A stretch of DNA of 64,000 bases from Octopus vulgaris (taxonomy: Eukaryota). The stretch lies in contig OX597830.1 in NCBI GenBank assembly GCA_951406725.2, positions 55,986,001-56,050,000 on the forward strand. The letters run 5' to 3'. Positions 15,101 to 29,800 of this stretch are shown in pieces. A program made the position numbers and the translations under genes. The notes under the pieces were generated by a model, which was not told the DNA's origin, did not search any database, and saw only the letters and a program-made list of their open reading frames with translations. Position 1 is the first letter of the stretch, and the number at the start of each line of letters is the position of its first letter.

Positions 15101-18100
15101 TCATGCCAGGTCCAGTTTTTAAAATTTAAACTCCAATTAAGCAAAATTTACAGAAAACTCACATTCTGGTGTGTATGTCAAATGCTTTTCTTAGTCTGGT
15201 TTACAGCACACGCAAACGCACACACACAGTGTGCAACGAATAAAGTGAAACTAGATGTAATATTTGTTTCTGTCTATCACGCTGATAGATACATGAGTAA
15301 AATGTATGGGAAGCTAACAGATAAGAGTGAGTGAAAATGTTCTTGGAAGAGAGTAAATTAGCGACAGAGTGATTTGAGCAAGACTAAACTGAAAGTATGA
15401 AACAGTGTTTATGTATAAACAGACGACACTTATATAAACCCTTTCGTTACCAAACCGCCCGAATTTACCTATTCATATTTAAATGAGAATATCAGAGTAA
15501 ATCTCTTTAGTACATTCGTGAAAACACGTATTATACTTCGTAAACACTTCAAATACAGTTTTGTACAAAAATCGAAGTGTAATTTTAATTCCGTGAATTA
15601 TGGGAGATTTTTTTCCGAAATTTGTTCCTATTGTGTTTTCAAAATTTGTAATTCTGACAAAAAATGGATACGAATTTCATTATATCAAGCAGTGAGTCAG
15701 AATTCGAAGGATTTTCTACTGAAGACCTTCATAAATCTAACTCTATGACTGGAAAAAAAAAAGCATCTTTATATAACAGTGAAGTTGTGTGTCTGTCTCC
15801 TACGATTTAGATTCGTAACTACTCCCACATTTTGCGGTGCAGTTTAACCAAAACCGGGTATCTTATAGTCGTGATTCATATCCTTCTGGGTATTAGCGCG
15901 CGTCTACGATGAGTCTACGATTTAAAAAAAATTTACCATCATATTTTTCCATTTTAATGCATTTTTTTCGCTTTTATATAAGGGAAGTAACTCTCTAAAA
16001 ATATCTACGATGTGTCAACGATTTAAAAAAAAATTTACCGTAATTTTTTTTCAATTTTTAATGCATTTTTTTGCTATTTTTTGGCTATAACTCTAAAAAT
16101 GCTTATATAGTTATTTCCCTTACAACCCGAGCAACGCCGGGCGATACTGCTAGTGTATAATATAAGGAGGAAGAATCAATTGTAACATGCAAGACAGAAG
16201 ACTGCACTTGTACAGATATGTGATGCACATGAAGGATGGTAGTCGGGTGAAAAGGTGTAGAGCAATCGTAAAGGAAGATGCTGAAGACATAGGATGACAA
16301 GGGATCAGAACATTTGTTATGATGTCATGGTAGAGAAGACCTCTTCAATATGTGTCAGTATTGAAAGACAGATGGGCTGTGGTGGCAGTGGTGGTGGTGC
16401 TGATGAGTTACAGTGTACAAAGGAATTATACAAACCATGATCAGCCAGTAGGGCGAAACAATTGTTTTCTTTTGATCTCGAGCCAACCGAAACTCTCTGT
16501 TGATGTCATTCTGTTTGCCCTGCATTTATAAAAAAATTTTTTGAGAATTTTCCCATTGAAAAGAGACTGTTTCTTTATTATCATACACAAGAACAACAAC
16601 ATATGAGCTAATGAGGAGCTTCACTTTAGCTGCTAAAATTAGCAGCCAAACACCCTCGAATTATAATTATCACATTTAGGAGGGAAAAAACAGGAGTTTA
16701 GCTTGAGATATAAGAAGATATGGGATGGTCATTGCAGGAATACACTTGTTTAAAATTCTGTTCAATTAAGGTAGACCTAGGTCAAAACTGATAGAGTAAA
16801 CCTGAGGTGAAACAAGAACAATTACAACAGAAACTGTGATAGGAAATACACAATGCAAAACAAATGCTACAGAGAATAATCACAAGATAATTTTTGCTTG
16901 AAGTTTATTGTGGTCATTACAAGAACCTATAGATGTACAGTTCTAGTCTCACTAAAGTTGTGGGTAACTTACCTGGAAAATGAAATGAGTACATGTGTCA
17001 TCATAGGTCCAGGTGTAATCAGCACCAAGTGATACAGCCATGTCATTGTAGAGGGATTGTTTGGCACTCAATTTGCGAGCGACAGAAATTACAACACCGT
17101 TCAGTGGACCCTCATTCTTCTGAAATTTCATAAAGAAGGAAAGAAAAATATCAATTAAAAGAATAATAGAATTTCAAACATAAGACAAAAGGCAATACAT
17201 TTTACAGAGTGAGGAGGGACATATAGTCAATTAGATCAACTTCAGTGCTTCACTGGTAATTTATTTTATCACACCCGAAAAGATGAAAGGCAGAGTTAAC
17301 TCAAGTGATTTTTGAACTCAGAATGTAACCATCATAATCATTTAACATCCATGTTCTATGCTGACATAGGTTGGTTGGTTTGATAGGATCCACTGAGCTC
17401 AAGGACAGCATTGTACTCTACTGTCAACTTCGGCACAGTTACTTTTGCTGGATTCACCTAATGCGAAGCACTTCACAGCATGGACTGGGTCTATTTTCAT
17501 GCCACCAGCACTAGTGAGGTCACCAAACAACTTGCAACACTTGGATCTCAAAAGGGAGGTGGCTTTATGCTAGATGAGGGGTTAAAGTATAAAAGAAGGA
17601 CCCAGAGCAGAACAGGTTCCTTGCAGCAGAGGGGCTACATGGCTACTCACATTTTATAAGAGAGGGTGAAGGGTGATAGGGATGAGTTGGAAAGAAATAA
17701 AATAGTGTCTGTATGGACCCTCAAGGTATGAGGTGAGAAAAAATTAGAGAGTGGATGAGAGGTGAATATAATATAAAGTGCAGTAACTAAACACTGCAAG
17801 GAATTTTGTCCAATGCTTAATAAGTCAACCAATCCCCTGCATTAATTAAGTGTTTCTAATTTAAGCACAAGACTAATAGTTTAAGTAGAGAGGGGTTGGA
17901 CCCCAGAACTTGACTGGCACTTTATTTTATTAACCACAGCAGGATGAAAAGCAAAGTCAAACTCTATGGTATTTGAACTGAGAACATAAAGAGTTGGAAG
18001 AAATACAAGGTATTTTGTCAATCCATCACAATAGACAATAGTAATAAAAATAAACTCACATCACTGACAGCTTCAACTTCCTGAGAACCACCGAATTCCT

Positions 18101-21100
18101 CAGTACGAGCATTAGCACTAATTTTCACACCTTCTTCAATATGTTTACTGAACAGTTCACCCCATGGCTAAAACATGATGGAGAAAGATATATATATATA
18201 CATAAACACACAGATGAATATAAATATGCACACACACACAGATACATAAATATACAAAAGCACATCATCATCATTTAACATCTGTTGTCCATGTTGGCAT
18301 TGGTTGGACAGTTTGACCAGGGCTAGCAAGCTGGAAGGCTGCACCAGACTCCAGTCTGATTTGGCATGGTTTCTACAGCAAGATGCCCTTCCTAATGCCA
18401 GTGCCTTTGTACATACACATGCACACACACACATTGTTTCTTGGTCATTTGGCTTGAAAAATGGACTTAATATGTAAAAGAAGAAAAGTTGAGACAGTGC
18501 AATATCATAGAAATAAATGTGTGTTGAAATCTTACAATGCTAGATCTTCTAGAATGAGATGTTGACAGGCCCTTCATTTGTGATTCCAGCACTGAAGTCA
18601 AATCCTGAAAAAAGAAAAAAAATTTTTTTCAAACATATATATAGTAAGATTATTTGACATATACAACACATACATCAAATAAGAAATGTCTATTGCTAGG
18701 CAGAGGAGTGGATGACTCATAATATAGGAGATACAAGTGTGGAGAAGGGAAATATTTAGTATGCACAAACCAAGTAATTTCCTTTCAGTTATGGGTATAA
18801 TGACATTGTGAGGAGAGATGATAGATTATAAAGGGAGAGCAGGTGGGTGGGGGGGTGCCCAAATGGTACAGGACAGACATAGCAAAGGGAGGGGTGGTAA
18901 ATTTATCATTTGATCTATTCTTTAAGAACAATGATCCTTTCTAGTATAGGCACAAGACCTGAAACTTTGAAGATGGGAGCAAGTCAATTACATCAACTCC
19001 AGTGCTCAACTAGTGCTCATCCCAAGAAGATGAAAAGTAAAGTCGATACAGCAATTTCAAGGGAAGGGTAAGTCAATTACATCACTCCAGTATTCAACTG
19101 GTACTTATATTTTATCAACCCTGAAAGGATGAAATGCAAAGTTGACCACAGACAAAATGCCACTAAACATTTTGCCCGATTTTGCCAGCTCACTGCCTTT
19201 AATAATAATAATAGTAGTAGTAATAGTAGTAATAAAAAAAATGATGCCGATGATGAAACGTACATCAAGCTCAAATTTGGGATGATATTCTTTTCCTTGG
19301 CCCAAAAATTTACTAGGTGTTTCAGTATCAATTTTAGGTTGGAAGTTATTTTCTTTAGGTGACAGCTGGCTTTCTTTCTCTTGCAATTCCTAGAAAAATA
19401 AATCAAAACAAAGAAACAATAGAGAATGGTCAGGAACAAAAAAATATATTGCAAGAGCGATGGCTATATAAAAAAAAAAGGCCTAAAATTCACTCCATAG
19501 TTGCCCATGGAGAATATGGCGTAGTGGTTAAGAGCGCAGGCTACTAATCCCAAGATTCCGAGTTTGATTCCAGGCAGCAATGGTGATGATGACATCATCA
19601 TCACCACCACCACCATCAACATTATCATCATATCAGCCGAAACGTGTTAACAACAAACAAGATGAGGACAAATATCCGTCAAATGTAAATAATGTAGATG
19701 CATTGTGTTATGTAAATGTATTCATTAAATTGTATAAGAGTACATAGCCAATGGTATATTGACTAGGAAAAGAGTTTTGTAGTTTATTTTCAATGAAAAT
19801 GTTTGAATGAAATATACAGAAAGCTACTGATTATACCTGTATTTTAATTAATTCAAATCAATGTACCTTATCTTGAAAAATGGCAAAATTGTTGGTGGTT
19901 GACATCTGGGATAACTTTAGTAACAAATCTAACAGGTAAGATGCTTTAAGAAATTCTATTTTAGTGTTTATCCATAATGTTATTGCTTTTACACCTGTTA
20001 TTGAAATTTACCTGCCCATAAAAGTCAAATTTACTCAGCAAGATCAGCTAAAGTTACATGACTATAAACCAGTACTATATAAAGCACCCACTGATAAAAC
20101 TTCAAATCTGTATGTAAAAAATTAGCAAAGTTACAAGCAAGTATTGTGGACACCCCTCTTGAACCCGAATAATTCAAAATAACATCAACAAATAAGCATT
20201 ACATTTGACAGATTAATCTGAACACTAACAAGTTAAAGGTGACAACATTGTCAAAGTAATGAACTAGCTAGCCTGTCAATTCAGGTGCCTACTCTAAAGT
20301 CATGAATAGAAAGTATAAGACAGAAAGAAGACACTGAAGAGAATGAACAGGAGTAAGGGATTTGCTCAAATGACACATGGTCATGTAACCTGCTGAAAAT
20401 AGCAGCCAAAGGTCTTACAACTCACACCCTGCCATCTCAAACATTAAACTGAACAAAAAATTCATTCCTGATGCACTAATGATAAGACACATCATCGTTT
20501 AACGTCCGCTTTCCATGCTAGCATGGGTTGGACGATTTTGACTGAGGTCTGGTGAACCAGATGGCTGCACCAGGCACCAATCTTGAACTAGCAGAGTTTC
20601 TACAGCTTGATGCCCTTCCTAACACCAACCACTCTGAGAGTGTAGTGGGTGCTTTTTACGTGCCACCAGCATGGGGGCCAGTCAGCCGGTACTGGCAATG
20701 ACCTCGCTCGAATCTTTTTAAAAACTATTAAAACTAAAATGTCTTGCATCATAGTTTTCTTCAATTCTGATCTGGAAATACACAGAGACAATAAAATTCA
20801 CTTTAACCCAATAACAGGACTCAGCATTGCTACTTATATTGAGAGGCTCAAGTATGATAGAGAAACAAGCACTGGTGCCTTGCTATAGAGAGTTTTAATA
20901 AAATTAGTAATCAGGTCAATAGTCATCAAGCAGACCTATAATCAAAAGGATTCCATCTATGACCACCCTGTCCTTTTTACAACATTATCTGTTTCCTTTT
21001 CTAATTTAACTATTTTGCTACAATATTTTTGCTGAAATACATTGCATTTGTTTCTGTTAATTTTGAAAGTAATGAACGAATTTAATATAATTATTCCAGC

Positions 21101-23756
21101 TGGTGTTTAGAACATAGATCACTATGAAATTTTGACGGAAGGCTTAAAATTTAGATAACTTTAAAACAGGACGTTTATATCATAGAACCAGGAGTAATCT
21201 AAGGCAGGTTGGCATCAAATGGGTTAAGGCTGTATTGTGTGATTTGGGGGAGATTTAGCTGCTATTTCTAGTAGGTTAAACAACCACATAGAGAATCCCT
21301 TGTTGGCATGCAGAAACAATAAGTAAAATAACATACCAAAATTCTAGATGTGTGTAATGAGACAGGCATCTGTTTATGTGATAGGGAATGTCTATTCTCC
21401 TTCTGGCTATTGTCTGAACTAGCCAAGCCTTCCATGACAATACTGTTACACTGGGGTTGTTGAACATCATTACAAGTAGAAACATCATTCGCCAGGTGGT
21501 TTGGTCTCACATCAGATACCGAGGTTCGTTTCTTGGTAACAAGAGAACCATTCCCATCATTTTGGTCATTTTCAATTAAACAAGTGTTATTCTTGACATT
21601 ATTCTCCTTGACCGGACTGACACCATCTTTGCAGGTAACAGGTCTACAAATATAGTTATCTTCAGGCTCTAACTTACCACTCTTTGCACATGCTAAAATC
21701 CATCTGAAAAATTCAAGAAATATTGCAATATAATAATAATCCTTCCTACTATAGATAGGCACAAGGCCCGAAATTTTAGGAAGAGGGGGCAAATCGATTA
21801 CATTGACCCAGTACCTGACTAGTACTTATTTTCATTGACCTGAAAAGGATGAGAGGCACAGTAAACCTTAATGGAATTTGAACTCAGAGCATAAAGATGG
21901 ATGAAATGTTGTTAAGCATTTTGTCCTGCATGCCAATGATGTTGCCAGCTCATTGCCTATAATAGATAATAATAATAATCCTTTCTCCTATAGACACAAG
22001 GCCTGAAATGTTAAAACAAAGTGGGCTGGTTCATTACATCAATCCCAGTGTTCAACTGGTACTTATTGACCACAGTGGAATTTGAATATGGAACGTAAAG
22101 ATGAATGAAATGCTACTAGGTACATTATCAGGTATTTTAATAAATTCTGTCAGCTTACAGCTATCATTATTATCATTATCAACATTATCATCATGATGAT
22201 GATAGAAGTCCCTGTACAGACTATGTCCTTCGAAGCCAAGATGCTGATGCTTAAGAAACAACCCGTCTGTGGCTGAAGAGTTTAACCCTTTCGTTACTGT
22301 ATTTATTTTGAGATGCTCTGTTTCAATTATTTTAAATATAACAAAGGGTATAGTAAAATAACTTAGTAATCATTAAGCTAGCCTTAGGAACATAAATTGT
22401 GACCAAGGTTTGGTGGAATGTTTTAATTCAAAACTTATAAAAACAAGACATTTGTACTACAGAGCCAGAGCTGATTTTGGCTGGGTTGTTAACGAAAGGG
22501 TTAAGATTGAAAGTAAAGACTGAAGGCAGCACAAGACCAGACCTTGTTCACCAGAAATTACCAGGCAAATATTCTGAAAAGTGGTGCAGATTCTGCAACA
22601 AATTTGATGAACTATAGACCATCTTGTTTCAAGCTAAATGGTATGAAAACCATCCTGAGCCAGTGGTTGAAGGTGAAGAAGTTACCATCCTCTGGGATTT
22701 TCCTGTTAACACTGACAGAACAATCTAGGCTAATCAACTAGACAATCATTAAAAACAGGAAAGAAATTACTAGTAAACTAAGAAAGTATCTGTTAAGGAA
22801 TTTAACAAACTCAGTAAATATAAGGATCAAGAAATCGAAATACAAAAGCTGTGGCATCTTAAAACAAAAACCGTTTCTGTTATATCACTTGCACTTGATA
22901 AAAATAGAGATGTTAGAAACAGATAACATCCCAGGAGATCCATCTCTCAAAGAAATCCAAAAGATTGTACTGATGATTAGTGCCCACTTCATTGGAGACT
23001 CCCCTATCAAGTTAAGTCAAATACTTTGTGTTGTGTTGTATTATATGAATGTATTTCTGTATTGTTCACCCCACTTACTCTCCCCAAACTTTCAATTACA
23101 TTTAACCATCTCTTAACCTTCACTTGCTCTAGGCCGCTGGGTGTGACCCAGCAAGTGATTGTCTCAAACATGCAGATTAAAGCCAAAATAATAATAATTA
23201 TCCTTTCTACCATAGGTACAAAGCCTGAAATTTAGGGGGATGAGATTAGTTAACTACATCGACCCTTGAAAGGATTAAAGGCAAAGTCAACCTTGATGGA
23301 ATTTGAACTTAGTGGACAAAAAAAAAAAAAAACTCTGCTAGCTTGTCCACTTGGTTTCAAACTTTGGCATAAATCCAGCAATTTGAAGCATGGTGATTAA
23401 TTGATATCATCCACCCAAGAGAGATGAGTAAAGTTAACCTCAGCAGGTTTTCAATTCAGAACATTAAAAAATCAGAACAAGTAACACAAAGAATTTTGTC
23501 CAATCTTCTAGCAATTCTCCCAGCTTACCCACTTAATAATAACAACAATAATAAATAGAATAATAAAAAGAAATGCTTACTCTATTTTCACAACATGTAC
23601 CTTCCATTTAATAGCAGCTTCATATTTTTGTCCCTCTGCTTCCTTGACAACTAGATGAGTATTACTTAACATACCCTTGGTTGGCTTTTTCACAAAAACT
23701 AGCTGAGTGCTGAAATTAAAAAATATATATATATATATAAAGATGTACACGTTTTA

Positions 23757-23809
<53 letters not shown>

Positions 23810-26800
23810 TATATATATACAGGGTCACCGAAAAAGGTTTCTGTGATTTTAGTTCAGTTGCACTAGCTATAAGCAAGTGATCTGTATGAAATCAACATGG
23901 GACTGTATAACAACCGTAGGAGTTTTGATATTTGCCACTGCATTGTCCTTGAAATCACTATTTCACTAGCGAGCTTCCAGCCAGTCATTCCACAGCAACC
24001 ATGGTGATTGTACAGCAGAAAGTGTGGTGTGTACTGTGGCACACTTAGTTTAAGCCAGTTGTTTTAGTGCAATGTCATTTTCGGTGTACTTATGGACTAG
24101 ATTGAGACTGTAAGGTTTGCATAGTCCTAAGGAGTCCACCACTCGACGCAGTTTGGAACTTCGTATGCCAAAAATAAAAATGCCTAAGACTGCATGCTTA
24201 CAAAATTCAAATGAGACATAAAAATTAAGGAGACAGATAATCCTAAATGCGTTGAATTTGCTGTAACGATGCTGAGAGAAACTGATCACAGAATTTTATC
24301 TAGTGATGAAGCAACATTCCACATAAATGGTTGCGTTAACTGACATACAGCTGGATATGGGGAGCTCATCTACTCACGATATCAGAGGGCACACACTCTC
24401 CTACCCTGATGTAATCTCCAGGGATACAGGCATCCAGCAACAGGACCTCCGTAATGCTATGATGGACCGTGAAGTCTGGCGTAGCATAGTAAATTCCATT
24501 GTCCCGACCACGGTCGAACAATGATGATGATGATGATGGAGCTCAGCAACTCAATGAAGTTTTCCAGTATGTCTGTAATTTGACCAAGGTTAAGGTGTGG
24601 TGTGGACTCCTGGTCGATCGTGTTGTCAGCCCTTTCATGATTGCAGAAAACACAATTACGGGCACTAGGTACTTGGACATGCTAGAAATTTATGTATTCT
24701 CTCAAATTGCAGACATTGAAAGAGAAAAGGGAATAAGTGTAATTCTCCAGCAGGACAGAGTGCCGGCTCACTACAGCCACAATGTGCGACAAGCTCTCAA
24801 CAACAGATTACCCAGCCATTGTATTGGAAGGAATGGTCCTATTTTGTGGCAACCTAGAGGTCCTGATCTAACTCCTATGGCCTTTTTCTTTTGGGATTAT
24901 CTTAAGCAGATTGTCTATGCAGAAAAAATCCAGAATCTGCAACATTTAAGGGAGAGAATACTCATGGCGATAGCGACCATGAATCCTGATATTGTTCAGC
25001 ACATCTGGAGGGAGGTTGACCATCACTTAGAAGTTTGCCATGCAACAAAAGAGGCTCATATCAAAACCTACTAAGTAATGTAAGAAAAATTTAAGATTTT
25101 CTGTGTGTTTTGGTGTATAAATAAATAGTTTACCTTTAATACAGACTTAGTTATTTCATTCTGAAATCACAGAAACCTTTTTTGATGACCCTGTATATAT
25201 GTACACACACATAAATAAACCACAATCATTTTCAATGTCCTCTTTGCCAAGCTTGCATTGGTCAAACAGTCTATTGAGGCTGATTTTCTATGGCCAGATG
25301 CCCTTTGTGTCATCAACTCTTATCTGTTTCCAAGGCAAGGTAATATTTTCCACGTGGTCTGACATGCTTTTGCAGAATATTGGAAATGACTAACACTGCT
25401 TAAACGACAGTGGCAATCATTTAGAACTATCACATGATGTCAAGACAAGGAGACACAAACACACTCATAAATCTATCTATATCACGTGACCGACCAGTCC
25501 ATCAGATGTAGTTACACATCGCTGGTCACAATGCGTCCGCATTGTTTTAGCCTTCGAATGACGCCACCCCGCTGGCTAAGTGAGCAGGCCAACAGAAGAA
25601 AGAGTGGGAGAAAGAGTACAGCAGGGATCACCACCTCCTGCTGGAGCCTCGTGGAGCTTTGGGTGTTTTCGCTCAATAAACACTCACATCGCCCAGTCTG
25701 GGAATCGAAACCACGATCCTACGACCGCGAGTTCGCTGCCCTAACCACTGGGCCATTGCGCCTCCACAAATCTATCTATATATATATATATATATATGTA
25801 TATACACACACACAACAGGCTTACACACAAGACTATAGTAGAAGACACTTACCTAAGGTGCCATGCAGTGAGACAGAACCTGTGACCATGTGGTTGAGAA
25901 GCAAACAGACACATCTGCACCTTGTTTACAGCCATATCATGATGAAAAACACACACACACACATATATATATAGTGAAACACTAGAATTTGAGGGACCTA
26001 GCAATACTTTGTGTCTGTAAATAGTAAAAGAAATAGTTCAAACAGCAGAATAAATTTTATTCTGTGAGAAAGATGAGAATATAATCTCCAGGTAGCACCC
26101 TTTAACAGAAAGCCTAATATTGCTGTTCCAGTATGGAAACAGCCAACTGGCTGAAACTAGTAAAAGGATAATAGTTAAAGATCTTTCAAGTGATTCTCAT
26201 AACCCTTATATGCCCATAAAAAAGAAATGAATTCATAAAATTTCTCTGTATTTAGTGTAAACATCATGGTGAGCTTTCACAATCTGGACGAGAAGGCCAG
26301 TATGCAACTGTTAGCTACCGGTGTTGATTACCTACTGAATATTTTGTATGCTCAGCCAGATGCTTCCCAGTGAGTTCATGTTCGAACAAGTAGGAGCAGG
26401 TTTTGCATTGTGAAAATGCAACTAGGGGTGTATATGGGTTAATGACCAATAAAAAAAGAAACAAAAGAAGCTGATATTAGGAAATAATTAAAAATGAATT
26501 TCAAGAAAAAAAAAAATCAAGGTGGTAAGTAGCTTGTCTACTAAGCACATGGTTCCGGGTTCAGTCTCACAGCGTGGCACCTAGGGCAAGTGTCTTCTAC
26601 AATAGCCTCGGGCCAACCAAAGCCTTGTGAGTGGATTTGGGAGACGGAAACTGAAAGAAGCCCGTCGTATATATATATATATATATATGCGTGTGTGTTT
26701 GTCCCCTAGCATTGCTTGACAACCGATGCTGGTGTGTTTATGTCCCTGTTACTTAGTGGTTCGGCAAAAGAGACTGATAGAATAAGTACTGGGCTTACAA

Positions 26801-29800
26801 AAGAATAAGTCCCGGGGTCGAGTTGCTCGATTAAAAGGCGGTGCTCCAGCATGGCCGCAGTCAAATGACTGAAACAAGTAAAAGAGTATACATTCACTGA
26901 ATTAATTTAATTATAAATGCTTGCTTACTTTGCTCCAAGAAGTTTTCCAAGGTACATTAGGCAATTCTTTTCAATATAATTCAAGCCACTGCAAATAAAA
27001 TGTTTTACAATAATCACATAATAATAAAAGACATTGTGGAAATAGAAAATAATCTTTGTTGTTATTGTGTTTTTACCTTCCATCTTTCAGAATCTCCAAA
27101 GTTAATGTAACACTGATTTAGGTACAATGTGAGTGTCTTAAAACTAACAGTCATTATCAGAAAGATAACTGCCTTCAGACTGGTGGTCTCCTATAAGGGG
27201 GTCCCGACAAGTTCCTGGCTTTAAGGGTATTGCAAAAGGCCTGGTTGGAAGCCCAACCTTCTGAGTTCTTTTAGAGGACTTAGGAAAAACTGGAGGATGC
27301 CGCAATAAGTGTGTGAAACTGAGAAGGGAATATGTTGAAAAAAAAAATCATAATTAAATAATCCTCCTGTATTTTCTTTTATCCAAAACCAAGAACTTTT
27401 CAGCACCTCATAGTTCATGTAATATATATATATATATATATATATATAGTGTGATTTGAGAGGGATTTGGCAGTTATTTCCTGAAGATCAAGCAACCATG
27501 TAGAATAAATAACTCCCTTTGTTGAACAGCAAGATCAATCAGTGTTCAATACACTGTCAGCTTATTTGTTAGGCAACAACAGAGCATTATGGCTTCTGTT
27601 TCTTTCTCTCTTACAAGCTATTCATTCCTTGAGGTGTCACAGACAGTGTGAGGTTAGTGTCACTTAGGAAAAGTATAAAAAGTAATGAAAGTTTCAATTA
27701 CATATCATTTCATTTCATCTAGTTTCAGCTCACGAGCTGTGGCCATGCTGGGGCACTGCCATTAAAATGATAAGCATCGCCCTTTTCAAGCCTATCCAGG
27801 TTCATGGGCCCGGTTTCTGTGGTGTACATGTTCCCCCCAGCTGGACGGGACACCAGTCCATTGCATCGTTACTCAAGAAACAAAAGAGAGAGTGAGAGAA
27901 AGCTGTGGCGAAAGAGTACAACAGGGGCCGCCACTACCCCCTGCCGGAGCCTCGTGGATCTTTTAGGTGTTTTAGCACCACGTATGTGTGTGCATGTGAA
28001 CATATGCTCCCAGATATAGGACCAGTACTTCACTATGGGTCTCACCTGTGCTTTGTGAAAGCTTTAGTCTTTCTTAGAAAAGACACTTACCTGAATGATA
28101 TGACGCAGTTTGTTAGAGGTTTGGCAAGGTGGTTGATCTCAATTGGTTGAAATAGAACACTGTCACTAATGGGAACCAGACGATGTTTTTCTAAACAAGA
28201 TTCCTATAAAGAGAGAACAAAACAATAAGTTAATTATTCAAGCACACCACTGGTACAAAATATAACTTTGTTTCTATTAAGCTAATTATGATGGATTGCC
28301 TACTCCTTTCTAACTCTAATGAAACCACAATAATATTTTCAGATAACCGAAACCACTACTAATCTTTACATAATTTATGAGATGGATCTGAAATGGAACT
28401 CACAAACCATTAGATTATGGAGATTTCTAACCCCATCAAACCATATGTATATAAGTAAATAAGACAATACGAGGTATACTTGTGAAATAAGGGTGCTACA
28501 GCTGATATGGTCTGAAGTTCAAAACATCCTTCCTTCTTTACTACTATTATTAGCATTTATGCTTTGCACCTAAACAAGCTATATAACCCTTCCTGCCTCA
28601 GTTTAAATGGCTGGACATCAAACAGACTGTAGAAAGGCCTCCCATTTGTAAGAACAGCTGCCAGAAACATGGAATAAAAGATGTAAAGCAGAAAATAAAA
28701 TGACAAGTAGAGACTAAACAGTTTGAAATGTAGTGTTAATGAAAAGACGAGGCTAGTTTCATACGTGTATTGATAATGATTCCTAATTTAGGCAAAATAT
28801 ACACATGTATAATGGATGTCTTTCAGTTTCTATCCACCAAATCTACTCATAAGATTTTGGTTGACCTGAAGCTATAACAGAAGACTCTTGCCCATACTGT
28901 GGGACAGAATCCAAAACCATGTGGTTAGGAAGCAAACTTCTCACCACAGATCCATCCATCACAACTTTTTACACCAATCTATCACAACCTATGAATATTA
29001 ATATCTCATGTGAAAGAATTTTGCAAGTTCAGACAAACTCAGAACAATTTCAGGAGATTATGGGATGTAATAACAAATGATACTGACTAGCCAGACATGA
29101 GTGACCACTTCATTGGCAGTGAATTTTATAGTACAGCCACCCAGCGGAACAAGTGCATAATCAGGGATCTGATGAATGTTTTTCAAAATTATACCTTCAA
29201 AACAAAAAGAAAAAAACAAAATTAAAATTATAACATTGAATAAAAATACATAGCATTTGTGATTTAATGAGAGTTAAGTGAAGATTAGAAGTTAAAGAAT
29301 GACACCTGATCACATGTGACATCAGTAAAACAATTATTTAGAACACATTGGTCTATTTTAAAGTGTTGACTCAGAAAGAAGACATGGATATGACAAATTT
29401 ATTCTCGGTCGTCTCATGAAGACAATTCCAATTTCTTGCTAAACAAGTTGCACAGATTATTTGTTTATAATTATCAACTATTTGTGCTGTACGTGAGCTC
29501 ACTGTTGCCATTAAATTGACATTACTTGTACAGCTGCAAAACATGCCACATGCTAGATGTCAAAAAGTAATCACAGAGCAATACAATGCACTGCCTGATC
29601 TGAGAATCAAAATCACAATCTCATGATCCTGAGTGCAATACCTAAACCACCTGCAGAAATATAAAATCTTAAAGAGTTTTTGTTGTTTTATTCTGTGTCC
29701 TTATGTACTAAAATATGTAGATATGATATAAGCTCAGTGATGGTAAGGTGCTAGATTGCTGATCACACGGTCATCTTTACAGATTTTATGACTGGCATTG

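Noticed and set aside
15518-15748. 76-aa ORF duplicated at 32034-32264 as a small gene family
   Set aside because: Non-ATG start, no recognisable domain, and its duplication is explained by the two recent Helitron copies.
24499-25074. Longest ORF (191 aa) as a functional or domesticated gene
   Set aside because: It starts inside a LINE tail, lacks the N-terminal domain and first catalytic Asp, and has the third Asp mutated; a transposase relic.
25700-25767. tRNA gene candidates (also ~19508, ~55281 and ~670)
   Set aside because: They have A/B boxes but continue into SINE bodies, and I could not form a complete cloverleaf.
29640-29680. AG|GT recursive-splice-like site (tttctgcag|gtggtt) in intron 16
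   Set aside because: The intron is under 1 kb and the site abuts a SINE fragment; likely chance.
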